Shown in pieces: positions 18,643-27,166 of a DNA stretch of 64,000 nt. The position numbers were made by a program, and so were the translations under genes. The stretch's first letter is position 1. Each line of letters begins with the position of its first letter. The DNA is from Alphaproteobacteria bacterium (GTDB lineage Bacteria; Pseudomonadota; Alphaproteobacteria; UBA9219). The notes under the pieces are model-generated. The model was not told the DNA's origin. It did no database searches and worked only from the letters and a program-made list of their open reading frames with translations. The stretch covers positions 8,339-72,338 of the forward strand of contig JAGWIK010000009.1 of assembly GCA_028866275.1 (NCBI GenBank), given 5' to 3'.

Positions 18643-19254
18643 TTAACGTTGCTCAAGGGTCTTTAGCGCGACGGATACCATGTTCTCGACGGTTTTACGG
18701 CCACCGCCGGAGCGATTAAGCGCCGATGCGGCATGTACGATCCCGACAAAAAAATCGGCTTCACGCTTAATGTCGAATGAGGGGGGTAATTCGCCCTTGG
18801 CAACGGCGTTACCCAACGCGCGGCGGAAGCTGAAGGAAAGTCTTTTGCGGAAGGCGGCGATCTTTTGCGCCGTTTCCGGCTCATGCGGTGCAACTTCGCT
18901 TGCGCTGTTGCACATCAGGCAGCCGAGTTTGGCTGCGGGTTGGGCTGAAACTTTGACCAGACGAGAGAAAAAGCCCCGAATCTCGGCGAGCGAAGCTTTC
19001 GGGTGTTCAACCGTGCCAAAAATGGATTCGATAATCGTATTCTGATAATGATCCAGCGCCGCTAGAAATAGCCCATGTTTGTTGCCGAACTCTCCATACA
19101 GCCCGTAGCGGCTGACGCCGGTGGCGGCAACCAGATCGTCGATAGACGTATCGAAATACCCCTTTTTCCAAAATACCGACATGGCCTTGGTCAAGGCGTC
19201 CTTGGAATCAAATTCACGCGTGCGCGCCATGGGGGAAAAGCCTTTCTTTAACAA
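18643..19254 (-). CDS. TetR/AcrR family transcriptional regulator
   Basis: N-terminal HTH TSIDDLVAATGVSRYGLYGEFGNK. Confidence 0.8.
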   Translation of the reverse strand: MLKKGFSPMARTREFDSKDALTKAMSVFWKKGYFDTSIDDLVAATGVSRYGLYGEFGNKHGLFLAALDHYQNTIIESIFGTVEHPKASLAEIRGFFSRLVKVSAQPAAKLGCLMCNSASEVAPHEPETAQKIAAFRKRLSFSFRRALGNAVAKGELPPSFDIKREADFFVGIVHAASALNRSGGGRKTVENMVSVALKTLEQR

Positions 19255-19359
19255 AATGCATGTTCTGTCTTTATGCGCTTGGAGTCAAGAAACAAGCCCC
19301 TTTTCATCTGGTTTCTCTTTCTCATGTGAGGGGAGTAGATAAAAAATAGTATTTCTGCC

Positions 19360-19388
19360 TGTAACTGTATGCTCAAACGGGACGAATA
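19360..19388 (+). promoter_or_regulatory. ECF-sigma-like promoter motif copy 5 (TGTAAC-N17-CGAATA) upstream of the AhpD-like gene
   Basis: TGTAAC at 19360-19365, N17, CGAATA at 19383-19388, 43 nt before the ATG at 19432. Confidence 0.45.
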
Positions 19389-19431
19389 AGGTGATGCTTC
19401 TTATCGCTCTCCAGCCTCGAAGGGGTCATAC

Positions 19432-20007
19432 ATGACATATCCAGTTCACACAGAAACAACTGCACCCGAAAACGCGCGCGCCATTCTGGCGCAAGCGAAG
19501 GGAAAATTCGGCTTTATCCCTAATCTTTTGGGGACGATGGCCAACGCGCCGGCTTTACTCAAAAGCTATCTTACCCTGGCGCAAATATTTGAAGAGACTT
19601 CTCTAACTCCAACAGAACAGCAGATTGTTCTGTTGGCGGCCAGTTATTCGAACGGCTGCACCTATTGCATAGCAGCGCACACGGTCATTGCCGGGATGAA
19701 GAATGTGCCAGCCGAAGTCGTAGCTTCGCTACGGAACAATAAGCCGATCAAGGATGCAAAGCTCGAAGCCCTGCGTTTGTTTGCTTTTGATGTTACCGAA
19801 AAGCGTGGGCATCCTTCCGAAGAAAGCCTGAAACGTTTTCTGGCTGCCGGATATACACCAGTGCAAGTACTGGAAGTTGTTCTGGGCGTTGGCTTTAAAA
19901 CCTTGTCCAACTACACCAACCATCTGACAAAAACTCAGCTCGATTCCGCTTTTTCCAACGCAATCTGGACGGAAGCAAAGCAAGAATGCGCGTGTTGCTG
20001 CGCTTAG
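19432..20007 (+). CDS. carboxymuconolactone decarboxylase / AhpD-like protein with Cys-rich C-terminal tail (KQECACCCA)
   Basis: AhpD-core CxxC-type motif CTYCIAAH; C-terminal ECACCCA. Confidence 0.7.
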   Translation: MTYPVHTETTAPENARAILAQAKGKFGFIPNLLGTMANAPALLKSYLTLAQIFEETSLTPTEQQIVLLAASYSNGCTYCIAAHTVIAGMKNVPAEVVASLRNNKPIKDAKLEALRLFAFDVTEKRGHPSEESLKRFLAAGYTPVQVLEVVLGVGFKTLSNYTNHLTKTQLDSAFSNAIWTEAKQECACCCA

Positions 20008-20019
20008 GATGCCGGAGGG

Positions 20020-20721
20020 GTGTATCCCATGAACTGGCTTGCCAGTAACTGGAACGATCTGTTGCCGTCTCCATGGTCGAGCGCGGCTCTGACGCTTGTC
20101 TCCATTTTCTGTGGCGCCATCGTTGGCATCGAGCGCGAGAGAAAGGAGAAATCTGCAGGGCTACGCACGATGATTTTGATTAGCGCAGGCTCAACCGTCT
20201 TTACGCTCGCCTCCTTCGTTTTGGCTGGAAATCAAGGCGATCATGGGCATGTCGCCGCCCAGATCGTCAATGGTATTGGCTTCCTCGGCGCAGGAGCCAT
20301 ATTACGCGGCACCTATGGCGTAAGAGGCATGACGACGGCGGCAACGATCTGGGCTGTCGCTGCGATGGGCATGGTGGTGGGGACCGGCTACGCTGGCGCA
20401 GGACTGGGGTTGGCGGGTCTCATTTTGACCGTATTGGTCAGTGCCACGGCACTGGATAATCGGTATCTAGGCCCCTGCAAACTTGCCCAAGTGCTTGTTT
20501 CCTATGACGCGATGGGCGGGAAGACATCCGTCAAACTTGATCGCATTCTCGACGATCACCGTATCGCGAAACAGGTGCGCAAAACGCAATCCTTGGAAGA
20601 CGGCTCGTTTCAGTTGCGCCTGACCTACTGCAACGTTCACAAACATCACAAAGAATTCTTGCCTCAAATTGCCGAAATGCCTGAAGTGCGTGAGATACGC
20701 AAAGAGGCGCATCCTTCTTAA
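20020..20721 (+). CDS. mgtC: MgtC/SapB family membrane protein
   Basis: N-terminal MgtC signature LVSIFCGAIVGIERE. Confidence 0.8.
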   Translation: MYPMNWLASNWNDLLPSPWSSAALTLVSIFCGAIVGIERERKEKSAGLRTMILISAGSTVFTLASFVLAGNQGDHGHVAAQIVNGIGFLGAGAILRGTYGVRGMTTAATIWAVAAMGMVVGTGYAGAGLGLAGLILTVLVSATALDNRYLGPCKLAQVLVSYDAMGGKTSVKLDRILDDHRIAKQVRKTQSLEDGSFQLRLTYCNVHKHHKEFLPQIAEMPEVREIRKEAHPS

Positions 20722-21089
20722 CAACACCCCGTTGCTTCGACCGGAGCCGATTGACCGCTAACAAAATCTTTGTACGCTTTGAAAGCTTTTAACGCCCACA
20801 TCTCGCCAACGCAGCCGCCCATGACGGAGGCCGTTGCCAAAAATTCACCCAGCTCGTTTTGTGTCGCACCAAGCTGGACGGCCTGTTGCACGTAGAATTT
20901 AAGGCATGGCTCGCAACGGGCGGATATCGACCACAGGATCGCCGATAACGCCTTGAAGCGAGCTGGCACAGCCCCTTCCGTGAAAACAACGTCCTGCCGC
21001 ATCTGATGTATATGTTTGGTTGTGCCGTTTGTGATCTGTCCAAACTCGGCAAGCAACCCTAAGGCTGGATCAATATCTGTTAGAGACAT
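20718..21089 (-). CDS. small carboxymuconolactone decarboxylase (CMD) family protein ending in GCC
   Basis: CEPCLKFY motif of the CMD/AhpD core; immediately downstream of merP on the same strand. Confidence 0.6.
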   Translation of the reverse strand: MSLTDIDPALGLLAEFGQITNGTTKHIHQMRQDVVFTEGAVPARFKALSAILWSISARCEPCLKFYVQQAVQLGATQNELGEFLATASVMGGCVGEMWALKAFKAYKDFVSGQSAPVEATGCC

Positions 21090-21103
21090 GGTGTTTACTC
21101 CCT

Positions 21104-21382
21104 TTATGGTTTCACGGATGATGGATAACCTGCGTTTTCGGTGGCCTGAGTTAACGCCGAAATGGTGGTCTTGGCGTCATCGAAGGTTACAACGGCTTCC
21201 CGATTCTCAAACCTGACCTCGGTTTTTTCGACGCCAGAAACTTTCGAGAGGGCTTTCTTGACCGTGATCGGGCAAGCGGCACACGTCATGCCGGGCACCG
21301 ATAGAGTGACTGTTTGAGGAGCAGCCCATGCGGGGACGCTAAATGTGGCGAGAAGCATGATAAGAATGGCGCGTTTTTTCAT
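21104..21382 (-). CDS. merP: periplasmic mercury-binding protein MerP
   Basis: Signal peptide plus HMA motif GMTCAACP. Confidence 0.85.
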   Translation of the reverse strand: MKKRAILIMLLATFSVPAWAAPQTVTLSVPGMTCAACPITVKKALSKVSGVEKTEVRFENREAVVTFDDAKTTISALTQATENAGYPSSVKP

Positions 21383-21394
21383 GATAACTCCTAT

Positions 21395-21742
21395 TCAGAT
21401 GAACAATGGCAACACGTAGGGAAAGCCGATTGCAATCGCCACAAGAGCAGCCACAATCCAAAAGAGGCCTTTATAAGCTGCCCTGACTTGAGGCACGGCG
21501 CATATTTCACCGGGCTTGCAGGCAGTGATTGGACGGAAAATGCGGCGATAAGCGAGAAAGAGCGCGATGAGAGCTGCCCCAATGAAAATGGGGCGATATG
21601 GCTCCAGAACGGTCAGATTGCCGATCCACGCCCCGCTGAATCCCAGCGTGATGAGAACCAAAGGTCCAAGACAACAGGTGGAGGCCAGAATTGCCGCTAA
21701 CCCTCCGGCAGTCAGCGCGTTTTTTTCGTTTAACAAAGCCAT
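21395..21742 (-). CDS. merT: mercuric transport protein MerT
   Basis: 115 aa, 3 TM, CCLGP motif in the first helix. Confidence 0.8.
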   Translation of the reverse strand: MALLNEKNALTAGGLAAILASTCCLGPLVLITLGFSGAWIGNLTVLEPYRPIFIGAALIALFLAYRRIFRPITACKPGEICAVPQVRAAYKGLFWIVAALVAIAIGFPYVLPLFI

Positions 21743-21771
21743 AATTATTCCTATTTGTTAGCCAGTTCTTA

Positions 21772-21802
21772 TCCTAAACCCTGCACCATGGTGCAGGATC
21801 AA
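21772..21802 (-). promoter_or_regulatory. MerR-type promoter/operator for merTP: -35 TTGATC, 19-bp spacer holding an 18-bp perfect palindrome CCTGCACCATGGTGCAGG (21780-21797), -10 TTAGGA
   Basis: Read directly on the minus strand; the long-spacer architecture with a dyad is the hallmark of MerR-regulated promoters. Confidence 0.55.
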
Positions 21803-21814
21803 GAGGGATTTTAC

Positions 21815-22213
21815 ATGACGGCCACATTGACCATAGGCAGCCTCGCGCAAGCCGCAGGCGTAAACATTGCGACCATCCGTTACTACCAGCGGCGCGGTTT
21901 GCTGGAAGAGCCGGACAGGCCGTTACGTGGTTATCGCCGCTATCCTGTTGACATGGCGAAGCGGGTTCGTTTCATCAAGCGCGCGCAGGCGCTTGGCTTT
22001 ACATTGGAAGAAATCATCGCGTTGATGCGGCTTGAAAAAATGAATTGTTGCGCCGATACCAGAATGCTGGCGACGCACAAGGTAGCCTCTATCAAACAGA
22101 AACTTGCCGATCTTACGGCAATGAAGAAAGCACTGATGCAACTAATAAACCAATGCGATGCCGGAAACCGGCGCGGGAAATGTCCGATTATCGATCTTCT
22201 GGGGCATGACTGA
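21815..22213 (+). CDS. merR: Hg(II)-responsive MerR family regulator
   Basis: N-terminal HTH; Cys residues at the positions of the Tn501 MerR C82/C117/C126 metal-binding site; AAGAGGG RBS; divergent from merT. Confidence 0.85.
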   Translation: MTATLTIGSLAQAAGVNIATIRYYQRRGLLEEPDRPLRGYRRYPVDMAKRVRFIKRAQALGFTLEEIIALMRLEKMNCCADTRMLATHKVASIKQKLADLTAMKKALMQLINQCDAGNRRGKCPIIDLLGHD

Positions 22214-22332
22214 ATAAAGGGAGACAAAATGTGCAAGAAACTCGGCCCAAGCTTCCATGTTAAGCGATCGTAAAGCATGAAGGGGTAAAATCCTGACTTG
22301 TCCGAAAGGGTTAATGGGGTTACCCTAAGCGC

Positions 22333-22725
22333 ATGAGGAAGTCGTTTCTTGCCAGATTTATGGCTCTCTTGTTGAGCTTGTCGCTGGTCATCGGTCAAGG
22401 GCCGTTGAGCATGGCGGTGGCTATGCCTGCGATTAACATGGATCAGATGTCCGTGATGGCAAATATGTCTGGAATGGGCATGACGGCTTCGGCCTCCGAC
22501 GGGACTCAATCCGAAGAAAGAGACTGCTGTTCACAATCGACCAAGGATCGCGCCATGAAAGGCGGCATGTGCGGTGCGTGCTGCGTGGCGATGGCTCAAA
22601 TAGGCATGCTGCCTGCTCAATTCCCAGTGCCCATCCAGTATGGCATCAGCCAGTTTTATGGAATGACGGACACGTCTGCGATCAGCAGAAATACACCACC
22701 GGATCCACCCCGGCCTAAAGTCTAA
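22333..22725 (+). CDS. Met/Cys-rich secreted protein, candidate periplasmic metal-binding protein
   Basis: Signal peptide; Met-rich stretch MDQMSVMANMSGMGM; Cys cluster CCSQ...MCGACCV; immediately upstream of the RND tripartite genes. Confidence 0.45.
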   Translation: MRKSFLARFMALLLSLSLVIGQGPLSMAVAMPAINMDQMSVMANMSGMGMTASASDGTQSEERDCCSQSTKDRAMKGGMCGACCVAMAQIGMLPAQFPVPIQYGISQFYGMTDTSAISRNTPPDPPRPKV

Positions 22726-22862
22726 ATCCCCACAATCGAACGCTGCGAATGCGTTGCCGTTCATTGAGTGATCGGTGCGCTTGTCCGTATGCGCTTCCTT
22801 GATGCTCGACCTTAAACATTGGTGGTCTGCTGGAAACAGATTGCCGCAAAAGGGGGATAACC

Positions 22863-24053
22863 ATGATCCGGATATTCAAATTAGTCCTGCTTGTTTTGTC
22901 GATAACGATCGGCACGGCAAGCGCGCCTGCGGTGGCTGATGACGGAGGTAAAGGCAAGGTTCTCTTTTACCGTGCTCCCATGAGTTCCGATGTCTCGCCA
23001 ACTCCCAAAAAGGACGAAATGGGGATGGATTACATCCCCGTCTATGAAAGTGATGCGAAAGAAAAGGTCGGTACGGTAAAATTAAGTGCCGAACGCATCC
23101 AGAAACTTGGTGTGCGGACAGAAGCCGTTGAACGGCGCGATATAACGCATCCTGTCCACGCGCTTGGAACCATCCAGATTGACGAAACGCGCCAGACGGT
23201 TATCGCGCCGCGCTTTGAAGGATGGATTCAAAAACTCTCGGTCAACGCTACCGGCCAAAAGGTCAAAAAAGGCGATGTGCTGTTTGACTTCTACAGCCCC
23301 CAGTTGCTCCAGATCGAAAACGAGTATCTTGTCTCCCGTTCCGATATGCCAGCCATGAAGAATAGTGGCGGTTCTCTTGAAAAACTGCGAACTCTGGCTG
23401 TTTCAGAAGAAGAAATTCAGCGGTTGCAGCGCGATAAAACCGCCAGCAACAGCATAGCCATTCGCGCTCCTGCCGATGGCACGGTTATGGAAAAAACCGC
23501 CATCGAAGGCATGAAGTTTTCGGCTGGCGATACGCTTTACCGGCTGGCCGATCTCGGCAATGTGTGGGTTGTCGCCAATGTCTTTGAACATGACTTGTCG
23601 AGTATTGTAGTCGGCCAGCCCGTAAAAGTTACGATCCACGCTTATGAAGGTAAGTTCTTTGAAGGCAAAGTTGAGTTTATTTATCCCGATCTTAACAAGG
23701 ACACGCGCGCTGCCAAGGTGCGTATTGAGTTACCTAACGCGGATGAACTGTTTCGAAAGGATATGTTTGTCGATGCGACGATTGATGTGAAAGAAACCGA
23801 TCATGTGCTAGCCGTTCCGGTTTCGGCGGTGCTGAACAGCGGCAAACGGCAGAGCGTTCTGGTTGATTTGGGTGACGGGAAGTTCCAGCCCCAATCCGTC
23901 AAAACCGGCAAACGTGGCGGTGATTATGTTGAAATTCTCGATGGGTTGAAGGAAGGTGATCGCGTCGTTACATCCGCCAACTTCCTGATCGACTCCGAAA
24001 GCAATCTACGCGCTGCTTTGCAAAGCTTTACTGCACCGGAGGTCAAGCCATGA
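22863..24053 (+). CDS. RND efflux periplasmic adaptor (CusB/CzcB family)
   Basis: Signal peptide; HlyD/biotinyl-lipoyl-like and beta-barrel patterns; overlaps the downstream pump gene. Confidence 0.85.
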   Translation: MIRIFKLVLLVLSITIGTASAPAVADDGGKGKVLFYRAPMSSDVSPTPKKDEMGMDYIPVYESDAKEKVGTVKLSAERIQKLGVRTEAVERRDITHPVHALGTIQIDETRQTVIAPRFEGWIQKLSVNATGQKVKKGDVLFDFYSPQLLQIENEYLVSRSDMPAMKNSGGSLEKLRTLAVSEEEIQRLQRDKTASNSIAIRAPADGTVMEKTAIEGMKFSAGDTLYRLADLGNVWVVANVFEHDLSSIVVGQPVKVTIHAYEGKFFEGKVEFIYPDLNKDTRAAKVRIELPNADELFRKDMFVDATIDVKETDHVLAVPVSAVLNSGKRQSVLVDLGDGKFQPQSVKTGKRGGDYVEILDGLKEGDRVVTSANFLIDSESNLRAALQSFTAPEVKP

Positions 24054-27000
24054 TCGCCCGCATCATCCGCTGGTCGGCGGAGAACAAGTTTCTTGTTCTT
24101 TTGGCGACACTCTTTATCACCGCATCCGGTATCTATGGTGTCATTCATGTGTCATTGGACGCTATTCCCGATCTTTCGGACGCGCAGGTTATTATTTACA
24201 CCGAATATCAAGGACAAGCCCCGCAGGTTGTTGAAGATCAGATAACTTACCCCCTCACCAGCGCCCTTATCAGCGTCCCGCATTCCAAGGCTGTGCGTGG
24301 CCTGTCCATGTTCGGCGCATCCTTCGTCTATGTTATTTTCGAGGATGGAACCGATATTTACTGGGCGCGTAGCCGGACGCTTGAATATCTGAACTCCATC
24401 TCCGGTCGCTTGCCGCAAGGCGTTACGCCGTCTTTAGGGCCGGATGCTACGGGCGTTGGTTGGGTTTATCAGTATATCGTTGTCGGAGCCGAAAAAACTT
24501 TGGCCGAATTGCGTGGGTTGCAGGATTGGACGTTGCGTTACGGCCTTGCACGCGCCGAAGGCGTGGCCGAAATTGCCAGCGTTGGCGGTTTCGTTAAGCA
24601 ATATCAAGTTGTCGTTGATCCACTCCGCTTACAAGCCTACGGCATTTCTTTGTCGGCGGTGACGCAAGCCATCAAACAAAGCAATCGCGATGTCGGTGGA
24701 CGCTCCTTGGAAATGACCGAAACCGAATATCTGGTGCGCGGGCGCGGCTATTTGCACGATCAATCCGAGCTGGAACAAATCGCGCTGCGTAGCACCGACG
24801 GCACACCTGTCTTATTGCGCGATGTAGCGAGCATTGAACTTGGCCCCGATGAACGGCGCGGCCTGACCGAATATAACGGCGAAGGCGAAGCGGTTGGCGG
24901 CATTGCGTTGCAACGTTTCGGACAAAATGCGCTTGATGTCATAAAAAATGTCAAGGCCCAGATCGAAACTATAAGACCCAGCCTGCCGGAAGGCGTCAGC
25001 ATCAAACCGGTCTATGATCGTTCCGCTCTCATCTACCGCGCTATTAAGAATCTTGACCGCACGTTGATCGAAGAAAGCATTGTCGTCGCGGTTGTATGTT
25101 TTCTGTTTTTACTGCACGCGCGTAGTGCTCTGGTCGCCATCCTTATGTTGCCGATCGGCGTGTTGCTGGCTTTTGCCGCAATGTATGCGGTGGGGATAGG
25201 CTCCAATATCATGAGTCTCGGCGGCATCGCCATTGCCATCGGCGCGATGGTCGACGCGGCCATCGTTATGATCGAGAACGCCCACAAACATCTTGAACGC
25301 GCCGCGCCGGACGAAAGCAGATTCAAAGTTCTGGTCGATGCGGCGTGCGAGGTCGGGTCATCGCTGTTTTTCAGCCTCCTAATTATTACGGTTTCATTCT
25401 TGCCGATTTTTACGCTTGAAGCGCAGGAAGGGCGGTTGTTCCGGCCTCTGGCTTTGACCAAGACCTTCGCTATGGCTTCAGCAGCCTTGTTGTCGGTGAC
25501 GCTGGTGCCTGTATTGATGACTCTGCTCATTCGCGGACGAATCACGCCGGAAAACAAAAACCCGATCAATCGTGGACTGATACGGATGTATCGGCCTGTC
25601 ATCGCCACGGTTCTACGCTACCGAAAAACGACTATCGCGCTGGCTTTGGCTTTATTGCTGGCTTCGGCCTATCCAGCCACTCAGATCGGTTCTGAGTTTA
25701 TGCCAAACCTCAATGAAGGTACGCTGCTTTTCATGCCGACGATGTTACCGGGGATTTCAATCACCAAGGCGGCTGAGCTGTTACAAACCCAGGACCGCAT
25801 CATCAAGTCGTTTCCCGAAGTCGAAAGCGTGTTCGGCAAATCAGGCCGCGCCGAAACCGCCACAGACCAGGCGCCGACGGAGATGTTCGAAACCAATATC
25901 AATTTGAAGCCGCAGGATGAATGGCCGCAAGGCATGACGCTCGACAAGCTGATTTCCGATATGGACGGGGCGCTGCAGCTTCCCGGTGTCAGCAATGCGT
26001 GGACGCAGCCCATTCGTAACCGTATCGATATGCTTTCGACCGGTATCCGGACGCCTTTGGGCATCAAGGTGTTCGGCAAGGATTTGGCGCAGATCGAAGA
26101 TGCCGCCCGACAGATCGAAAGAGTCCTGCACACAATTTCTGGCACGTCGAGCGCTTATGCCGAGCGTGTGACGGGTGGTTACTATCTTAACATCGACCCC
26201 GACCGCATGGCTCTGGCGCGTTACGGACTGACCATTAGCGATATTCAGGATGTCATCTCAACGGCGCTTGGCGGCGAAATGATTACGACTACCGTTGAAG
26301 GCCGCGAGCGCTATGGCGTTAATGTACGGTATCCGCGTGATTTTCGTTCTGACCCACAAGCGATTGCCGAACAGGTTTTGGTTCCTATCGCCTCCGGGGG
26401 CATGATCCCGTTGGGGCAAGTTGCGCATATATCGTTGTCGCAGGGGCCATCTTCCATCCGTACCGAAAACGCGCAACTGGCTGGCTATATCACCATCGAC
26501 ATTCATGGCCGTGATATTGGCGGCTATGTCGTGGAGGCCAAGAAAGCCCTGCAAGAGAAGGTCAAATTGCCAACCGGCGTTTACCTCGTCTGGAGTGGGC
26601 AGTTCGAATATATGCAGCGCGCGATGGCGAAGCTGGAAATCGTTGTGCCGGTGACGCTGCTCATTATTTTTATGCTGCTTTACCTGAATTTTAGGCGAAT
26701 GACGGAGGCATTGATTGTTTTTATGTCCCTGCCGTTTTCATTAATCGGCGGTCTGTGGCTGATGTACGCGCTACAATTCAACTTTAGCGTTGCCGTTGCC
26801 GTTGGCTTTATCGCGCTCGCTGGCGTAGCGGCGCAAACAGGCGTGGTGATGCTGGTCTATCTCGACCACGCCTATGGGAAAATGCGCCTTGCCCGTCAAG
26901 GCCAGCCGATAACGACCGGCGATCTTTATGCCGCGATCATGGAAGGCGCTGTCGAACGTGTGCGTCCCAAAATGATGACCGTCAGCGCGATCATGGCAGG

Positions 27001-27166
27001 GCTTTTGCCAATTATGTGGAGCAACGGGACGGGTTCGGAAGTCATGCAACGTATTGCTGTGCCGATGCTCGGCGGCATGGTGTCGTCAACCTTGCTGACG
27101 CTGATTGTCATTCCTGCCGTTTATGCGCTCGTAAAACGTCCAAGCGTTACGGAGATAGCCCCATGA
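24050..27166 (+). CDS. heavy-metal efflux RND pump (CusA/CzcA family)
   Basis: 1038 aa, 12-TM RND with two large periplasmic loops; HME-type N-terminus. Confidence 0.9.
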   Translation: MIARIIRWSAENKFLVLLATLFITASGIYGVIHVSLDAIPDLSDAQVIIYTEYQGQAPQVVEDQITYPLTSALISVPHSKAVRGLSMFGASFVYVIFEDGTDIYWARSRTLEYLNSISGRLPQGVTPSLGPDATGVGWVYQYIVVGAEKTLAELRGLQDWTLRYGLARAEGVAEIASVGGFVKQYQVVVDPLRLQAYGISLSAVTQAIKQSNRDVGGRSLEMTETEYLVRGRGYLHDQSELEQIALRSTDGTPVLLRDVASIELGPDERRGLTEYNGEGEAVGGIALQRFGQNALDVIKNVKAQIETIRPSLPEGVSIKPVYDRSALIYRAIKNLDRTLIEESIVVAVVCFLFLLHARSALVAILMLPIGVLLAFAAMYAVGIGSNIMSLGGIAIAIGAMVDAAIVMIENAHKHLERAAPDESRFKVLVDAACEVGSSLFFSLLIITVSFLPIFTLEAQEGRLFRPLALTKTFAMASAALLSVTLVPVLMTLLIRGRITPENKNPINRGLIRMYRPVIATVLRYRKTTIALALALLLASAYPATQIGSEFMPNLNEGTLLFMPTMLPGISITKAAELLQTQDRIIKSFPEVESVFGKSGRAETATDQAPTEMFETNINLKPQDEWPQGMTLDKLISDMDGALQLPGVSNAWTQPIRNRIDMLSTGIRTPLGIKVFGKDLAQIEDAARQIERVLHTISGTSSAYAERVTGGYYLNIDPDRMALARYGLTISDIQDVISTALGGEMITTTVEGRERYGVNVRYPRDFRSDPQAIAEQVLVPIASGGMIPLGQVAHISLSQGPSSIRTENAQLAGYITIDIHGRDIGGYVVEAKKALQEKVKLPTGVYLVWSGQFEYMQRAMAKLEIVVPVTLLIIFMLLYLNFRRMTEALIVFMSLPFSLIGGLWLMYALQFNFSVAVAVGFIALAGVAAQTGVVMLVYLDHAYGKMRLARQGQPITTGDLYAAIMEGAVERVRPKMMTVSAIMAGLLPIMWSNGTGSEVMQRIAVPMLGGMVSSTLLTLIVIPAVYALVKRPSVTEIAP

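Noticed and set aside
27016-27162. 5' extension of the outer-membrane factor ORF that overlaps the RND pump gene
   Set aside because: An ATG at 27163 with a GGAGA RBS, ATGA coupling and a lipoprotein signal peptide gives the biologically sensible start.
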